This document shows, piece by piece, positions 50,214-59,474 of a stretch of 64,000 nucleotides of DNA (within the stretch, counting starts at the first letter, position 1; every line of letters starts with the position of its first letter). The position numbers and the translations under genes are program-made. Source of the DNA: Candidatus Poribacteria bacterium. Its GTDB lineage: Bacteria; Poribacteria; WGA-4E; PCPOR2b. Under the pieces are notes generated by a model that saw only the letters and a program-made list of their open reading frames with translations, was not told the origin of the DNA and ran no database searches. The stretch spans positions 1,504,001 through 1,568,000 of the forward strand of contig OZ244042.1 of the NCBI GenBank assembly GCA_965215015.1, written 5' to 3'.

Positions 50214-50741
50214 AATCGGTCACATTTTGAGTGGCTGCTATCATGATTCCTGTGCCCACTTTTTTTAAGTATTATCCGCGAATTGCATATATCGCCCCGC
50301 TGGGGTTACGTTGGTTCATCTGTGCAATTACTGAACTTTTAAGCTAATGCCCCCTTGAACCCAATGGGTCATGGTACCGAGGTTACGGCATAGGGGTATA
50401 CCTACTACTAGGTTCTGTTGACATTTGACAAATTGAACCGATCTCCGTCCGAGGGTTTTCAATCTGATGCACCCCGATAAGATTGGGATTCAGAGGAACT
50501 TGAGACGCTTGCAGACTTCTGTCGGTCGAGTTTCCAAAATCAACAGGCTTATGTCGAGATTGGATGAGATGCCGCGCATAGGCTTGACAAATCTACTGCA
50601 CAACAGAATACCAGACACTATGAGGCGATAATCCTGGCTCAATCGGCCCGGGACATTGCGCTAGAGGCCGGAGGTTTATGGATTGGATATGTCTATCCAA
50701 GCGGAACGGGTTTATCAACTAGCTACTTGGGTTATTATATA

Positions 50742-51533
50742 TCAGAGCTGCTCATCACTGACCCTCTGAATCCAGGCCCGCGTCCACTCAACGGTTTCTA
50801 ATTCTAAATCGCAGATACAACTGGCGAGGAAAATCATGCCATCAATACGACCCTCCCGGAGCCATTGCAGCCCGATTTCACACTGATGCTGCATCAAGTC
50901 GACTGGCATCGGTTGACCATTGCCGTAATCGTACATGTAGCAGCCGAGCACTTTACGGGACGACGAGGCAATCTCTTCAGCACGCTGGAAATTTTTCTCT
51001 AACCCCACCAATTGCTCAGCAGCCCATGTCCAGAAGGTGACGACATCACAAATTTCCAAATACGGACCGACAGGATGTTCAAGCTGGTGGTTGTAGAGCA
51101 CAACCCACAGATCTAATTTCCGCTCCGCCACGGTTAGCTGTTTTTGAATGGCATTCAGCGATTCGACACTATGGACAGCGACCTTGCCCGTCGCCGGATC
51201 ACTGAAGAAATCGTCCATCATCACGCCGGTAAAATTCGGGAATTTTGCTGCTAGATTGCGCGCTGCTTCCACTTCGTAATTCTCGGTGGCACCAGCTGCA
51301 CCAACGATGGACCAGACTACCTGTTTCAGGGGGCGAAACGCTAGCGCGTACTGTTCAAACGGCGGTTGCGGTAGATCATGATAGCGCACCAATATGATAT
51401 TCGGCACGTTAAGATAAAAAGCACCCTCTGCCGGTGTCATTCGTGAAGGTGCTGTCAATCCATATTGATCATTGTGGCTCCCGGCATCATGCCCCCAGAT
51501 CCACAATTTATCCCTCACAATACCATTTCCCAT
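50742..51533 (-). CDS. Hypothetical protein, possible glycoside-hydrolase-like TIM barrel
   Basis: GVMMDDFF, LWVVLY, TFWTW, DGMIFL alternating beta/alpha pattern. Confidence 0.55.
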   Translation of the reverse strand: MGNGIVRDKLWIWGHDAGSHNDQYGLTAPSRMTPAEGAFYLNVPNIILVRYHDLPQPPFEQYALAFRPLKQVVWSIVGAAGATENYEVEAARNLAAKFPNFTGVMMDDFFSDPATGKVAVHSVESLNAIQKQLTVAERKLDLWVVLYNHQLEHPVGPYLEICDVVTFWTWAAEQLVGLEKNFQRAEEIASSSRKVLGCYMYDYGNGQPMPVDLMQHQCEIGLQWLREGRIDGMIFLASCICDLELETVEWTRAWIQRVSDEQL

Positions 51534-51593
51534 TACGTCGCCTCCTTGGGTACCTTACCCTCACTTTTCATCTTCTCTGAAGGATGGCACTGT

Positions 51594-52457
51594 TTATGGG
51601 GATTTCTTCTCTGCAAAGACGGGATTTTCCAGCAGCGTTTGCACTTCGTAAATTGACCCTCCTCGCTCAGCATACGGTTGAGGGATACGAATAGGGGTGG
51701 GGACGACACGCGGTTGATTTGTGGGTTCGCCACGCAGCACGAAGGATTTGAAGGTATTCCAATCCGTACCAGCTATGGGCCAAGCGTCAAGGGCGCAATA
51801 CTGGAGCAATAATAAACGACGGGGCACCCTGGAGTTATTGGGTGCGGAGCCGTGCAGCATACGAACGTGGTGAATCGAGATACCGCCGGCTTTGACTTCG
51901 ACAGGAACAGCACTATTCGCACTAAAATTGGAATCTGTTACCGCACCGACGAAGACACCATTCTGATGATGGTCATAGGTTGGCCCTTTATGGGAACCGG
52001 GAATAACCATCAGACAGCCATTTTCCAGCGACATATCGTCAATGGCTACACCAACTGCCAGCAGGTCGTCGTTGGTATAAGGATAGAATGCCCAATCCTG
52101 ATGCCATTCGACAGGACTGCCGAATTCGGGGTATTTCATGTTGAGTTTATGCCCATTATGGCTCACACCGGGTCCAATCAACTGCTCGACGATGTCGAGA
52201 AGGCGTTTATGGCGCAGTGTTCGATCATAGACAATGTGATGCAGAACCGGATTTTTGATCCGGCGCACGCGCGGGTTTTGTGGAGTATGCCCCGGTTCAA
52301 GGTCAAACACATCGGTATGTTCAGTGACCTCACGGGATTTCTCAACAAACTCATCTGTAGTACGCCGAAGGTCAGCAACCTCTTCCACCGAAAGCACATT
52401 TTCGACGCCGAGATAACCATTTTCATGGTAAAAGTTAATCTGTTCTTGGGTTAGCAT
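51594..52457 (-). CDS. Phytanoyl-CoA dioxygenase (PhyH) family protein
   Basis: EWHQD, ENGCL.VIPGSH, LHGSAPN.S..RR. Confidence 0.9.
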   Translation of the reverse strand: MLTQEQINFYHENGYLGVENVLSVEEVADLRRTTDEFVEKSREVTEHTDVFDLEPGHTPQNPRVRRIKNPVLHHIVYDRTLRHKRLLDIVEQLIGPGVSHNGHKLNMKYPEFGSPVEWHQDWAFYPYTNDDLLAVGVAIDDMSLENGCLMVIPGSHKGPTYDHHQNGVFVGAVTDSNFSANSAVPVEVKAGGISIHHVRMLHGSAPNNSRVPRRLLLLQYCALDAWPIAGTDWNTFKSFVLRGEPTNQPRVVPTPIRIPQPYAERGGSIYEVQTLLENPVFAEKKSP

Positions 52458-52681
52458 TAGCAGCTCCCTTCAGTTAAGCAATGTTGAGGGTAACCGTTCA
52501 GTCGAAAGATGGTGTCGGTAAATTCTGAACGGCTAGGTTGAGGTGTTCAATTTATCTTGAACTTTATGAATATGCAATAGGGAAAATTCTCCAAATTCCA
52601 CACGAAAATCGAGATGTGAATCTCGATTTACAAGATTATAGATTGAGAAATCTGGGCTACACGTGCCTGATAAATTATGTT

Positions 52682-53740
52682 TCACGCATCTGCTCTGGTC
52701 ACTAGTTCAACGGCATTACCCATCCGAGCAGATGCCATACCAGCCAACAAAATCTCAGTAACATGACGTGCTGCGTAAACGTGCGACAGTGGGGGTTGCC
52801 TGCCTTCGCGGATGCATGTTGCAAAATGGGTGTGCATATCGCCGAGGTCAGCGTCTGAACAATCAATCGCTTTCAGGTCCACAGGTGCTGTTTCGCGGGT
52901 GTAAGATGTCGGCGTCCATTGACTCAACGCAGCCCCATCCTCCCCCGGCAGTGTGAGTTTGCCCCCTGTGCCGTGAATACTTGCCCCCCATGTCCGAGCG
53001 GGATCACACCAACTTGTTTCGGCGGTGACGATGCCCCCCGATTCCATTTCGAGAACGAGGGTTGCCACATCTTCCAACTCAGTTGGCTTATCAAAGGTGG
53101 TCACGAAACCGATGACACGCTTGAAAGTTCCTAACATTGTAACCAATCCGGAGACGGCATAGACACCCATATCGAACAGGGCTCCAACGCTCGCTCGTTT
53201 GGCATCAAAGAACCAGAGATCGTCATCCTTTTCATCAAAAATATCCCGAATCTCTGCGTAGTAGATTTCGGGACCGCCGTGACTGCTTCGGAATCGCGCC
53301 CCTGAAACCCTGCCTATTGCACCCTCCGACAACAGTTGCCGTGCCTTGTTGATGGATGCACTTACGTGAGGGAGGCACATCACGGTCAAGCGGCTTTTTT
53401 CTGCCTCTTCCACAAATTGGTTCGCTTCGTCCATATCACCACACAACGGTTTCTGCATTAGGACATGCTTCCCTGCCTCCAGTGCTTTGATTCCCCAAGA
53501 CACATGGAGCGGATGCGGCGTGCCGACCAAGATGGCATCGAGTGAGTCATCTGCCACAATCAAATCGTAGTCCTGTGTCCAACCTGGGATGTTGAACTGA
53601 TCACACTGGTGCTTGAGTCGATGCTCCCGCCTGCCGCCAAGGAGAGTAACCTCAAAATCATCCTCAGCAACGAGAGCAGGAAGATGTAGCCGACAAACAA
53701 TGCCGCCGGCACCGATGACACCCAATCTGATTTTCGCCAT
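52682..53740 (-). CDS. Gfo/Idh/MocA family oxidoreductase
   Basis: GVIGAGGI, TPH..H, KHVLMQKP, GALFDMGVY. Confidence 0.9.
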   Translation of the reverse strand: MAKIRLGVIGAGGIVCRLHLPALVAEDDFEVTLLGGRREHRLKHQCDQFNIPGWTQDYDLIVADDSLDAILVGTPHPLHVSWGIKALEAGKHVLMQKPLCGDMDEANQFVEEAEKSRLTVMCLPHVSASINKARQLLSEGAIGRVSGARFRSSHGGPEIYYAEIRDIFDEKDDDLWFFDAKRASVGALFDMGVYAVSGLVTMLGTFKRVIGFVTTFDKPTELEDVATLVLEMESGGIVTAETSWCDPARTWGASIHGTGGKLTLPGEDGAALSQWTPTSYTRETAPVDLKAIDCSDADLGDMHTHFATCIREGRQPPLSHVYAARHVTEILLAGMASARMGNAVELVTRADA

Positions 53741-54077
53741 GTCCGTCCCTCTTCAATTTATTCAGTTACCCTGCCCTGAAGGGACGGTGCTTGTTTGAAG
53801 CGTCCGCCCAACGGGGCCGACCTGGTTTCGCGTTTCTTTTCCCCATAAACCGGGAGGTTTCGGGGGCATTTGTTACCACTTTTCACGTCAAGACAACACC
53901 TATTGGGCCTTTGTGAGGGGCTTTTCTGACTCACGAAAGTATTGAGAGTTATGGACTCTATCACCGTCAGAGGTGGTCAAATACGATTCAATGCCAATAG
54001 TTGTTTTGACCTCAACTGCTAACACATCAGGGATTTCGACGAGGTTACGGCATACAGCGTATGCCTATTACTAGCTA

Positions 54078-55268
54078 TTAATCGAAAAAGTCTTCGTCAC
54101 CCTCAGGGAGATACTGCCTTGTCGCTTCTTCGTTGAGATCGACCCCCATGCCGGGGCTGTCCCAAACCGTGATGAATCCCTCCTCAACGATGGGATTCGG
54201 CAGCCCTTCGACTATATCGTACCACCACTTGGGGTTTCCGACTGGATACTCGAAGGCAATATAATTCTGGGGCAAGGTCGCCGACATCTGAACGAGGGCG
54301 GCAAGACCGATAAGCCCATCGCCTGTACCGTGGGGTGCCATAAGAATGCCGTGCAGGTCTGCGAATTCTGCAACCCACTTCAACTCTGCGATGCCGCCGA
54401 TGTCACATGGATCGGGACCGATTATATTCACAGCGCGTTTTTCGATCAGGTCTTTGAAGTTCTGTCGGAGGTAGATTTGCTCGCCGGTGTGGATCGGCGT
54501 CGATGTGCTTCGTGTTACCTCTCGGTAGAGGTCTGCTAAAACGTACGGCACATAGTCGCCGGTGATCATGTCTTCAAGCCACATCACATTTAGCGGTTCC
54601 ACAGCCTTCGCAAGCCTTATGGCGTCAGGGACTGTCAACCCAGGCCCACAATCCAAAGCCAGACCAACCTCGTCTCCCAAGACAGATTTCATCGCCTCAA
54701 CGCATGCAATTGTATGTTTCAAGCCACGTTCGGTCATAGGGCCACGACCTGTTCCAAAAGCCCCTTTTTGCATTTCACCATAGAAAAAGTCCGGCACCTC
54801 ATGTGGCATTCCGCTATGAAATGCAATTCCTTGCTTGATAATGGTGAATCCTTCCGGGGCGGCTTTCATTTTTTCCATATTTGCAGCGTAGGCTTCCGGG
54901 GAATTTCCGCCCATTGGAAATCTGACCGCACCATTATAGACTCGAACTTTGTCCCGGATTTTACCCCCCAGCAGCTTGTATACCGGAAGACCTGCTGCTT
55001 TGCCGGCAATGTCCCAGAGTGCCATCTCTATCGCACTCACTGAGCTCCCCCACGGCTTAAAACTTCCCAATCGGCGGATCTTCAGCATGACCCGCTCCAC
55101 GTTCGTGGGATCTTCTCCGACAATGTGCTGCTTGTAAAACAGAATATGAGGTTTCAGATAGTGTTTACTGGCTTCCACCTCCGCCAGCCCGCTGATTCCC
55201 TCGTCGGTTGTTATGCGAATTACGGGGTTGTTGCCCAAAACAGTGCATTTTAAGTCTGTAATTTTCAT
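54078..55268 (-). CDS. Mandelate racemase / muconate lactonizing (enolase superfamily) enzyme
   Basis: SAIEMALWDIAGK..GLPVYKLLGG, WLED, TGE, GGI.E; likely start MKITD at 55268. Confidence 0.9.
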   Translation of the reverse strand: MKITDLKCTVLGNNPVIRITTDEGISGLAEVEASKHYLKPHILFYKQHIVGEDPTNVERVMLKIRRLGSFKPWGSSVSAIEMALWDIAGKAAGLPVYKLLGGKIRDKVRVYNGAVRFPMGGNSPEAYAANMEKMKAAPEGFTIIKQGIAFHSGMPHEVPDFFYGEMQKGAFGTGRGPMTERGLKHTIACVEAMKSVLGDEVGLALDCGPGLTVPDAIRLAKAVEPLNVMWLEDMITGDYVPYVLADLYREVTRSTSTPIHTGEQIYLRQNFKDLIEKRAVNIIGPDPCDIGGIAELKWVAEFADLHGILMAPHGTGDGLIGLAALVQMSATLPQNYIAFEYPVGNPKWWYDIVEGLPNPIVEEGFITVWDSPGMGVDLNEEATRQYLPEGDEDFFD

Positions 55269-55421
55269 TGATATAAATTTCCTTATGCGCGAAACATGAA
55301 AACAATTTGTCCACGGGTTCATCGGTGCCTGGGTTTACTAGTATATTAATGAGCCCTTGAACTCAATAGCCTCACCAACTTGCATCAAAGGTTATGAGGG
55401 ACGTTGGGTAGATATTGAACC

Positions 55422-56516
55422 CTACCACTCACTCGGAATTCGGGCGTGTTCGGTGTAGGATTTGACGATATTGATAATCAGTGCAATATCGTTGCGGGCA
55501 TCAATGACCGATGTACGACAGGGAATCCCCTCGGTGATGCAAGCATGAAAGTGGCGGATTTCGCGGCTGAACGCGCTCTCCCATACTATCGCCGGTTCTT
55601 TGAGAACTGTGGTGCCATCTGCCTCAATCTCATGCACTGTGACCGTAGAGAGGATACCGCGCGAAAATCCTGTCGGATATTTGACAATCACGCGCTTGGT
55701 ATCGCCATAAACCTCTAGCGTTTCCTTGAAGTCCCATAAGCCCGGAATGGCTGCCCATGTATAAACGAGACGTACTTCGTTTGGGTATTCAAGTATCGTA
55801 GTGATACCACGTCCACCATTCCACAACTCTGTGCTGGCTACCGCCTCTGGCACACCGAGCATGGCACGGAAGCCGTAGAGGTCATGGATGCCACTGCCTG
55901 AGAGTGTGGAGAAGGCACTCCTCGCAGCGTCAGGTACATCCCCAATAGCATCTTGATGCGCTTTCGCCCCATCTTCGCTCGCCTCACGCATTGCGTCTGG
56001 CGGAAAGTCATTGAACCGCTTAATCCGAAAATTACGGAGGTGCAATTCGTTACCACAATGCAGGTGATTTGCTTGAACGAACCGGATGTCGTCCATCGTG
56101 TCAACTTCGCGTTTTGCCAACTCAAATGCGGGGTCGTGCACTTTCATGTACCCTGCTTGGCCAACCTTCCCCGACGCCTGACACGCAGCACTGATAGCAT
56201 CTGCTTCCTGAGTGGAGAAACAAATTGGTTTCTCAATGAAGACATGCTTCCCCGCGTTGAACGCTGCCATCGCTACCCTTGTCTTCGGATCAGAATGACA
56301 GAGCAGCACAGCTTCTACATCAGATGTGAGGAGGTCGCGGTAATCTGTCACATAGCGAGGAATATTGAAGGTCTCGGCAACATACGCTGCGGCACCCGGT
56401 GACACATCGCAGACGATTGACACCTCAAATTCGTCCTGAAGTGCTTTTAAGTTCGGGAGATGATGGACCTGAGCAATTGCGCCACAACCAATGACACCGA
56501 TACGTACTTTTTTCAT
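55422..56516 (-). CDS. Gfo/Idh/MocA family oxidoreductase
   Basis: GVIGCGAIA, GKHVFIEKP. Confidence 0.9.
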   Translation of the reverse strand: MKKVRIGVIGCGAIAQVHHLPNLKALQDEFEVSIVCDVSPGAAAYVAETFNIPRYVTDYRDLLTSDVEAVLLCHSDPKTRVAMAAFNAGKHVFIEKPICFSTQEADAISAACQASGKVGQAGYMKVHDPAFELAKREVDTMDDIRFVQANHLHCGNELHLRNFRIKRFNDFPPDAMREASEDGAKAHQDAIGDVPDAARSAFSTLSGSGIHDLYGFRAMLGVPEAVASTELWNGGRGITTILEYPNEVRLVYTWAAIPGLWDFKETLEVYGDTKRVIVKYPTGFSRGILSTVTVHEIEADGTTVLKEPAIVWESAFSREIRHFHACITEGIPCRTSVIDARNDIALIINIVKSYTEHARIPSEW

Positions 56517-56545
56517 ATAATTCTCCTGTTGAAGACCTTTCGATT

Positions 56546-56725
56546 GGTTTATGTCAAAAGACAGTGCAAAACGCGAAGCGCGTAAAACGTGAAAACCATT
56601 TGTTCATTGATGCGATCGGGCTAGGAAGCCCGACCTACGGGGCTCAAAAAAAGGGCACAATACCAACAGCAACCGAGCTTTTGTTAAAAACTCGATTGCT
56701 ATCGCGTGATTTCTTAACATGAGTC
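56546..56725 (-). mobile_element. Composite GGCTCAT-family MITE
   Basis: Flanked by TTTCGATT/TTCCGATT; ends TTCTTAACATGAGTC; homologous to 32036-32238. Confidence 0.65.
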
Positions 56726-56755
56726 TTCCGATTTTGCACTGCAAGAGTCGTTGTT

Positions 56756-56902
56756 CGCTCATGTAAAGAATGAGTGCAACAGAAACCCTAGGGCCTTGCC
56801 TCTCCTCTTGGTTGCCATCCCTTCCCCCGCTTGCGGCGGATTACTGGAGGGTACGAAGGCGCACTTCCTCTTCGTGCTTTACACTGTCTTTTAACATGAG
56901 CC
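56756..56902 (+). mobile_element. GGCTCATG-family MITE with different internal cargo
   Basis: CGCTCATGTAAAG...TTAACATGAGCC flanked by TCGTTGTT/TCGTTATT. Confidence 0.7.
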
Positions 56903-56905
56903 TCG

Positions 56906-57685
56906 TTATTTAGCGCGGCACGCCGCAAAGAAATCCTCATTCGATGCAGTGAAGCCACACTGCTGCTCAACCTCCCGAATGGTGATTTCAGTGGTGAAAA
57001 GCTGGTCAACCGTATCCGGGAACTCCACACCCGTAGTTGCGTCACGAAGAAGGACGATGTTATATCCCCGCCGAGTCATCGCACGGATGCCGTAGTCACG
57101 ACCCACTACGCACCAGTTGGTCGCAAAACCGACATAAATAAGGTGTAAGATACCCCGCTCCTTCGAGAGCTCGTGGAGTTGCTCCCCCGTTGCGATTACG
57201 AAGTCCTCGTCTTCTACTTCGATTGACGGAGACATCGCCAATTTTTCCGCAAGATGGTTCCAATGGATACCAATGCTCGGAGGTTGATTGCGCGGTCCGC
57301 GGTAAGCAGCGTATTCACCAGTCCGACTCCGAAACTCTGCCGGGGGCCAATCGGGTTGAGGCTGGACTTCAGGAGGAGTATGTAGACTAAGTTGCGGGAA
57401 TTGCCCGGCGACCTCCGGGCAGGGAGCATGTACAATTGTCAGTCCTGCCTCACGGGCGGCGTTTAGCGCGGGAACAATTGCATTGACAGTTACATTCTTT
57501 GCGCGCTCTATCCAACTCTCAATGAAATGTACATTCCAGACATCAACCAGCACAAGCGCAGTTTGTTCGATAGGTAGCGGCATTGTAATTTCGCGTCGGA
57601 TGAAGTTTTCCTCTCGACATGGCACCTCTATGGGGGTACTGTCCTGAAAATATCGGACACGCAGATCTAGCGTTTGCATGTTCAA
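56906..57685 (-). CDS. Isochorismatase / cysteine hydrolase family protein
   Basis: TALVLVDVW, GFATNWCV catalytic Cys region, LLRDAT. Confidence 0.85.
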   Translation of the reverse strand: MNMQTLDLRVRYFQDSTPIEVPCREENFIRREITMPLPIEQTALVLVDVWNVHFIESWIERAKNVTVNAIVPALNAAREAGLTIVHAPCPEVAGQFPQLSLHTPPEVQPQPDWPPAEFRSRTGEYAAYRGPRNQPPSIGIHWNHLAEKLAMSPSIEVEDEDFVIATGEQLHELSKERGILHLIYVGFATNWCVVGRDYGIRAMTRRGYNIVLLRDATTGVEFPDTVDQLFTTEITIREVEQQCGFTASNEDFFAACRAK

Positions 57686-58054
57686 TTTCCTTTTTGGAGG
57701 TCGCTAGGCAAACAACTTTACCCAAAAACACCCGGACTCTAACGCAATGTGCCGGGTGGGTTGAGCTAGGATTGTAGTACTATAGTATCTGGTATTCTGT
57801 AGCACAACGTTGTTGGTATCTTGGGGACTAAGAAACCCCGATAGATCGGGATGAAGAAACATATACTCACTCTAAGCGGTGGGTGGTTCAGGAGGGCAAA
57901 ATTTAGGGTGGGAAGAGATTAAACGGATAACCTTGTGAAGGTTTGGAGATACCTAGAACCATTGCGCGATATTTCCGGCTCAATCAGCCCAGAATATCGC
58001 GCAACAGTCCAGGTGCTTCAAGGTTTAAGTTAATCCAAAAAATTTAACAAGATG

Positions 58055-58951
58055 CTACCGACTAAAATTCTCTCGGGTGTTTCTACTCTTGAGGGCACCC
58101 CAAGTTGTGGCAGCTTTCCCTTTCGGGCTAACAGCAAGTGCACCTTGCTCAAGTCCGTCATCAAAGATGGTCCGAATTTCGTCCTCAGTCAATGCACGAT
58201 CGAACAGCGCGACATCGTCCATAGACCCGTTCAGATTACCGGTATCATTTGGACGGGTAGCGATGATGAACGGATCACCGGCTGCCTTGAGATCTGGTAG
58301 TGCGTTACATGGATCATCTCCGTTTGGACTGTCCCCATCAAAGCATTTCTCCTGCCCTTTTTTCCCATCCGTGTAGACGAGCAGGGACGGTTGCTGCCAG
58401 AGTCCAACGACATGATGCCATTCGTTATCTGTGAGGAGGTCGCGTGGTGCTTGTGCATCAGCCCATTTGCAACATCCATCGGCACCGAAAACGATACGTG
58501 CCGTGTCTCCTGCGCCATGGTTGAGTTCCCAGACGATATTCCGGCTCCCATCTCCGCCCGGAAATGATTCGTTTGAAAACAGACGTTGATTCCCTCCCGT
58601 GGTTTGTGCCTTAACCCACAAAGATATGGTGAACTCGTCGAAGGCATTATAGTTCTGCGGATTCGGGATTGTGACGTAATTGAGTTTTCCATCTACAGCG
58701 GGAAACTTCAGTGCCCCACCAAACTTGCCTTCCTCCCTTTTCACACCGTCTGCGGTGAAGTTGTTGATTTTGCCGTCCTCGTGGTGGCCACTTGCATCAA
58801 CGATTGCATCGCCATCTGTCTCGTCAAAGAGCCATATCCCTACGATATCCTCGTCCGCAAGCTCAATTTTGGTATATCCTGGATGAGTGAAGACCAGTCC
58901 AAGAACAGCAAGACTGACACACGCCAGGGTCAATGTTACCATCGTGTTCAT
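58055..58951 (-). CDS. Secreted LamG-like jellyroll protein with conserved C-terminal tail
   Basis: IWLFDE..G, GKFGGAL.F, FTISLWV, WHHVV, G.MDDVALFDRALT..EI; ends AVSPKGKAATTWGALK. Confidence 0.88.
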   Translation of the reverse strand: MNTMVTLTLACVSLAVLGLVFTHPGYTKIELADEDIVGIWLFDETDGDAIVDASGHHEDGKINNFTADGVKREEGKFGGALKFPAVDGKLNYVTIPNPQNYNAFDEFTISLWVKAQTTGGNQRLFSNESFPGGDGSRNIVWELNHGAGDTARIVFGADGCCKWADAQAPRDLLTDNEWHHVVGLWQQPSLLVYTDGKKGQEKCFDGDSPNGDDPCNALPDLKAAGDPFIIATRPNDTGNLNGSMDDVALFDRALTEDEIRTIFDDGLEQGALAVSPKGKAATTWGALKSRNTRENFSR

Positions 58952-59047
58952 TCGTGAACCTCCTGATATTTACTAAGTGGATGCTGAGTCGCTCCAGCAG
59001 AATCAAGAATTTGGCGGCACATTGCCGCCCCGTCTAACCTGTAGTTT

Positions 59048-59429
59048 CTGACGTACTCCCACACCCTAAAGAGTGGGGATTGTCATCCGTTCCCGATAGG
59101 ATGTCGAATTGTGCGATCGACACGGATAGCGAACCAAAGCCCGACTTACATCTGCTACTGCAATGGACAACGCCCTGCCCACTCCCCAAGCAGTTCATTT
59201 GAACCCCAGGGGGACATCGGTGAGACCGAACTCATGACAACACGCTCCCGTCGAAGCGTGGGAAAACCGTTGCGGATTTTACACCGGCTCACTGTTTTCA
59301 GTCGCGCGGCCATCCCTTAAAGCAATTATACTCTATTTTATTTACAAATTCAACCGTTTTTATATATCAACACACCCCGGTTGACTACAGCCCCAGTCTA
59401 AAGGCATGGGGTCTTATCAGCAAGATTCG
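59048..59429 (-). mobile_element. Non-autonomous IS200/IS605-type element with both end hairpins and an internal promoter; putative ncRNA
   Basis: Minus strand: TTAT|...AGACCCCATGCCTTTAGACTGGGG left end; TTGAAT-17-TATAAT promoter; AATCCCCACTCTTTAGGGTGTGGGAGTACGTCAG right end. Confidence 0.6.
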
Positions 59430-59474
59430 ATAATGTTAGCATTTTTTAGCAACTATTGCAACTATTTTTTGATT

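Noticed and set aside
57850-57890. IS200/IS605 right-end-like sequence (CTCACTCTAAGCGGTGGGTGGTTCA)
   Set aside because: Too short and degenerate to call without a matching left end or transposase
59048-59429. Group I intron / IStron
   Set aside because: No recognisable P7 (R/S) core sequences, and it does not interrupt a gene
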